In this document: positions 60,036-64,000 of the stretch, in pieces | How the letters are laid out: every line of letters starts with the position of its first letter | How positions within the stretch are numbered: position 1 is the first letter of the stretch | NCBI GenBank assembly: GCA_963675595.2 | Contig: CAXXLZ010000001.1 | Coordinates: 480,001-544,000 of the forward strand | Direction of reading: 5' to 3' | Length of the DNA: 64,000 nucleotides | From: Thermodesulfobacteriota bacterium | Lineage (GTDB): Bacteria > Desulfobacterota > Desulfarculia > JACQYL01 | The notes under the pieces: generated by a model | Database searches by the model: none | Told to the model about the DNA's origin: nothing | The model's input: only the letters and a program-made list of their open reading frames with translations | Position numbers and translations under genes: made by a program

Positions 60036-60974
60036 ATGAAAAGCGCTCGTATTTACGGGGTCCCATTGCTGCTCGTCTTCATGCTCGGTTGCGGACTGTG
60101 GGCTTTGATGCCCGGGCGGGCCGGAGCACAGGATGTTGCGGTGCCGTCCGGACCGGACGAAGAGAAGCGATCCATTGTGCAGGAGGCGGACGGTTATGGT
60201 TATTTAGGCGACGACGTCACCCTCGGTCAGGTTCGGGCTCATGCTTTGGCCGATGCCAAAAGAAACGTCGTCGAGGCTGTTCAAACCCGAATTCGTTCCA
60301 GAACCGAGGTAAAGGATTTTCAGGTTCGGTACGATCTCATTGTTTCGGACGCCGAGGCCTCGATACGGATCATCGAGCAGAAGGATCACGGCATCGAGGA
60401 CAACACCCGTTACCATGTTTGGATAAAAGCCGAAGTTTTCTACGAGGTCAAAACGGCAAGCGGCACATCCGATTCTCATCCGCTCATGCAACCGGATGAC
60501 CCGCTTACGGTGAGAGTATGGACGGACAGGAAGGTCTACCATAAAGGGGAGAAAATCCTGGTTCACATTTTGGGGAACAAGAATTACTATGCAAAGGTCG
60601 TGGACGTCACCTCCACTGGAGAGATTATCCAATTATTGCCCAACAAATATCGAGCTTCCGACTACTTCCGGGCGGGTAGAGTTTACCTCATCCCTGGAGC
60701 GGAGGACCGTTTCGATCTGGAAGTAACGGAACCGTTCGGCAAAGACAAAATCGTGGTGTTCGCCGCCGAGGCTCCTCTGGGCGAGATACCCCTTTCCTCT
60801 ATGGGGGACTCGGGGCTGCAGGTCTATGAGGGCGGCGAAAGCGGGTTGGCCTTGGGAGTACGGGGAATCCGTCCCGTTCGGCGGGAGGAATCTTCCCAGT
60901 CCGGAGTGGGCGGACCTTTGGAGTCCGGGGCGGAGTTCTATGAGGCCGCCTGGGAAGTCACCACTCGGCAATAG
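60036..60974 (+). CDS. Exported DUF4384-domain protein
   Basis: Signal peptide; VWTDRKVYHKGE, QLLPN, EPFGKD. Confidence 0.75.
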   Translation: MKSARIYGVPLLLVFMLGCGLWALMPGRAGAQDVAVPSGPDEEKRSIVQEADGYGYLGDDVTLGQVRAHALADAKRNVVEAVQTRIRSRTEVKDFQVRYDLIVSDAEASIRIIEQKDHGIEDNTRYHVWIKAEVFYEVKTASGTSDSHPLMQPDDPLTVRVWTDRKVYHKGEKILVHILGNKNYYAKVVDVTSTGEIIQLLPNKYRASDYFRAGRVYLIPGAEDRFDLEVTEPFGKDKIVVFAAEAPLGEIPLSSMGDSGLQVYEGGESGLALGVRGIRPVRREESSQSGVGGPLESGAEFYEAAWEVTTRQ

Positions 60975-61060
60975 ACGAAGTGTATCCATCCAAAGGTCGA
61001 TCGTTACGGACTTCGAGGGTGTGTGAAGTCCGAGGAGATGACAACCGCGAAAGAAACCGT

Positions 61061-61357
61061 CTATTCGGAATCGTTCTGCCCGGACGCCTGCAGCACGTGG
61101 TCGAAATCCCCTTTTTCCACCTGTTCGGAAATGCTCTCCAGAACTTTGGCGGTGGGATTGCGCCCGATTGTCTGCACCATCATGCCCACCGCTAGAACGA
61201 GCAGGCTGGGAGGCATTTTGGCGAGGGCTTCTTTGCCCTCGGTTTCTTCGATTTCAGCCATTACTTTGTTGGTCGCTTGCAGAACGGCGTTGAACACCTT
61301 TTGCTGAATGTCCGTTTTGGGCACGAGGCTTCCTCCGGTTTGCCGAGGCGGCGTCAT
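61061..61357 (-). CDS. Hypothetical protein
   Basis: 98-aa helical ATG ORF; no motif recognised. Confidence 0.5.
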   Translation of the reverse strand: MTPPRQTGGSLVPKTDIQQKVFNAVLQATNKVMAEIEETEGKEALAKMPPSLLVLAVGMMVQTIGRNPTAKVLESISEQVEKGDFDHVLQASGQNDSE

Positions 61358-61967
61358 GGGTGATGAGATTCAGTGCGGCACCGGGAATCCGGCGGCCGAG
61401 ATCGATTTCAGGGCGGACGGACAGGGCGCGTGAAAACGTCCATCCGGACGGTCTAAACCCGTGATTCGCATGTCGTTGATTCGGGCCGGTATCTGATTTG
61501 GACTTTCCGGTGCGTTTGGGTTTGTGGGCTCCGCTCGGTTTTTTCGGGCCACACAAGACAAATCTCGTGCGGCGAGCGGAACAGAGAATGCAAAGACTTG
61601 CCTCGTAAACAGAGCGGCAAGAATGACGACGGTCTGCAGTGGACTCGACTTGGACTCGGGACGCACGGCAGGGTCCATGAGTGCGGTCCGAAATCTTTGA
61701 TCTTCAACGGCTGCGGCGAAACCGGTGAGTTGCCTCATCCGGGATTTGCCGTAGCTTATATTTCTACCATGAAATACCCGAAGATTCCAAATAAATGGGA
61801 CCCGGAGCCTTGCTCTTGAGGGTCCCCGGCATTCAGGGGGCGCGGCGTGGAAACGGCTTCATTCCAATCCTACCGACCAAACCCGGCATGGGTTGGACGA
61901 GACGCCTGGTTCCAAGGATATCCGTATCTCTCGAGCGAAAAGACATTGTACCTATTCACGGGGTGTG

Positions 61968-62030
61968 CCGCAGGGGGACGCCGTCCCCCTGCACCCCCTG
62001 CCGGGGGACGAATGGCCCCCAGGACCCCCG
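61968..62030. repeat. REP-like GC hairpin pair
   Basis: GCAGGGGGAC-gcc-GTCCCCCTGC-ACCCCC, the same head architecture as families A, F and T. Confidence 0.55.
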
Positions 62031-62192
62031 TTGGGCTTTTGCGAATCGCGTAGGCGATTCGCAAAACGAGCAGCATGTTACCGTACAACATGTTAAAATG
62101 CTTAAATATTTTTGGAGGGCTCCCTCGGATACCCCCTCTGAATGCTCACAAAATATCTTCTCGAAAACCGGCTCAACCAAGGAAAGGAAAGT

Positions 62193-63587
62193 ATGAACCC
62201 TCATTCGGAAGGGAAGCCGCAAGGGGCGCTTCCCGACGCTGCAAAGGACGAACGCGGTATTCGGTCGCGGCCCCGCCTTTTGGGCGGACTGTTCCAGGGA
62301 GATCGAAAATGGGTTGCGCTTATTTTCCTTTTTGCTCTCGTCCTTCGGCTGGGCTTTCTGGTATCCAGCGAAAACTACATAGACCATCGAGGCATCTATT
62401 TCGAAGCGGGGGCCATTGCCGCTTCGTTGGCCCGAGGTGAGGGATACTCTTCTCCTTTCCTGCAGCCGGGCAGGCCGTCGGCCGGAGTCAAGACGGGTCC
62501 CACCGCTTGGCTGGCTCCCGGTTACCCCACGTTGCTGAGTATTCTGTTCCGGATTTTCGGCATTCAGACCTCGGCCGCCGCGGCCGCGGCTCTGGCGTTG
62601 AACTGCCTTTTTGGGGCTCTCATTTGCTTTCCACTCTTTTCCGTCGGCCGTTGGGTCTTTGGACGTGAAACGGGGTTCGTGGCGGCGGGTATCCAGGCTT
62701 TGGACCCCGGGCAGATGATCATGGAGATCAATCACATATGGGACGATACCGCCTTCGCGTTGTTGACGGCAACGCTGCTCTATCTCTGCTACCGGATCCC
62801 GTCATCCCTGAACCGACGCACCGCCGTCATTTTAGGGGTTTTCATGGGAGTGGCGTGTCTATTCCAGGCGGCAATGATTCCCTTGTGCGCCTTTTGCGTC
62901 GTTTGGACCTATTTTCGCAGCGCTCTTACCAGGCGCCAAAGACTGAAGTACTTGGCCGTATCCTCGCTGTTGTTCCTGCTGATTTTGGGGCCATGGCTTG
63001 TCCGGAATCGTGTGATGGTGGGAACCTGGGGGCCGAGGTCCAATTTCGGATTCGAGGTGGCCTTCGGCAACAATCTCGAGGCGTGGCAAGCATTGATCCA
63101 GGGTGGCGTCTACCAGGATTTCGGTAGATGGCACCCCACGGTGTGCAAGGAGGAGTTCGAAAGGTACTTGGAACTTGGGGAGCACGGCTATAATCAAGAA
63201 AAGCTGCAACAAGCCTTGTCTTTTATTCGCTCGAATCCGGGGAAGTTCCTCCAGCTGTGTCTGGTGAAGTTCAAACAGATGTGGCTGGGCTGGAGTGAGA
63301 ATCCCAATTTTCGACCCGTAATCTGGTACATTCAGAAACTTCACTTCCTTGTGCCGATTCCGTTTCTCATTTTGGGACTCTTCGTCGCGCTGAAGCGAGG
63401 AGCGAACGGCATACCGCTCGGGGCCTTCATTGTCATCCTGCCGGCGATCTATTACTTGGTGCATACCATTGATCTGGCACGGTACCGCCATCCCTTGATT
63501 CCGGTGATCATTGTGACCGCGAGCGGGGGCCTGGTCTTTCTTGTGCGCCGGCTGTGGTCCTTGGGGAAGGGAGCGCAAAGCTCGTGA
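62193..63587 (+). CDS. GT39/ArnT-like membrane glycosyltransferase
   Basis: Polytopic; TAWLAPGYP, PWLVRN, ARYRHP. Confidence 0.82.
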   Translation: MNPHSEGKPQGALPDAAKDERGIRSRPRLLGGLFQGDRKWVALIFLFALVLRLGFLVSSENYIDHRGIYFEAGAIAASLARGEGYSSPFLQPGRPSAGVKTGPTAWLAPGYPTLLSILFRIFGIQTSAAAAAALALNCLFGALICFPLFSVGRWVFGRETGFVAAGIQALDPGQMIMEINHIWDDTAFALLTATLLYLCYRIPSSLNRRTAVILGVFMGVACLFQAAMIPLCAFCVVWTYFRSALTRRQRLKYLAVSSLLFLLILGPWLVRNRVMVGTWGPRSNFGFEVAFGNNLEAWQALIQGGVYQDFGRWHPTVCKEEFERYLELGEHGYNQEKLQQALSFIRSNPGKFLQLCLVKFKQMWLGWSENPNFRPVIWYIQKLHFLVPIPFLILGLFVALKRGANGIPLGAFIVILPAIYYLVHTIDLARYRHPLIPVIIVTASGGLVFLVRRLWSLGKGAQSS

Positions 63588-63694
63588 GAACGAGCGTCCA
63601 CCGACCCTCCAGCCGGACCCTGGACGCGCATCCATCGAACACAGAATCATAAGTCAACCTCCGGGAGAACACAGTGACCAAACGCCCGGCGCCA

Positions 63695-64000
63695 ATGAAC
63701 GCCATCTGGTTTTTTCTGATCCTCATTTCCATAGCGGCGGCCGCGCACACCGGAAAAATGAAGGAAGTGGTGGATGCCTCCTTCGATTCGGCGAAAGGGG
63801 CCGTGACTCTGGCCATCGGCCTTATCGGGGCCATGGCCTTATGGCTGGGGCTGATGAAGGTCGCGGAGCGGGGCGGCCTCATGAGGCTGGTGGCGAAAGG
63901 CATCCGGCCCGTGATGGTGCGTCTTTTCCCCCGTGTGCCGGCCGACCATCCGGCCATGAGCGCCATGGTCATGAACATGAGCGCCAACGCCTTGGGACTG
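63695..64000 (+). CDS. Spore maturation protein A / nucleoside recognition domain protein; 3' end outside window
   Basis: MNAIWFFLILIS...LWLGLMKVAE...RLFPRVPADHPA...ANALGL. Confidence 0.85.
   Translation, partial: MNAIWFFLILISIAAAAHTGKMKEVVDASFDSAKGAVTLAIGLIGAMALWLGLMKVAERGGLMRLVAKGIRPVMVRLFPRVPADHPAMSAMVMNMSANALGL

Overview
GC-rich bacterial chromosome segment, most likely a sulfate-reducing or syntrophic deltaproteobacterium (Desulfobacterota-like, inferred from gene content). In order: (1) the end of an exosortase-type PLP decarboxylase/ACP locus and a sigma54-preceded PEP-CTERM-like gene; (2) a MacAB-type ABC exporter, an IscA/HesB gene, dnaJ, MalY/PatB and a vWA/TSP3/OmpA lipoprotein; (3) an accessory hotspot at about 17.6-34.3 kb with a catalase, a 1220-aa secreted HEXXH protein, a RAYT remnant, two toxin-antitoxin pairs, broken AT-rich genes and nested IS21/IS3 pieces; (4) a GntR-led xanthine-dehydrogenase-family/LIV-type ABC operon containing a 3.6 x ~216-bp hairpin array; (5) housekeeping-type genes (GT20, lactate permease, elbB, larB, arfB, a DUF3524 glycosyltransferase, a two-component pair with an in-frame TAA, GT39, SpmA-like). 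The most unusual signal is non-coding: several families of 75-230 bp repeats, some of which bracket unrelated accessory genes in a consistent upstream/downstream pattern, like cassettes. No rRNA, tRNA or CRISPR array was seen. Family assignments come from recognising motifs by eye, not from database searches.
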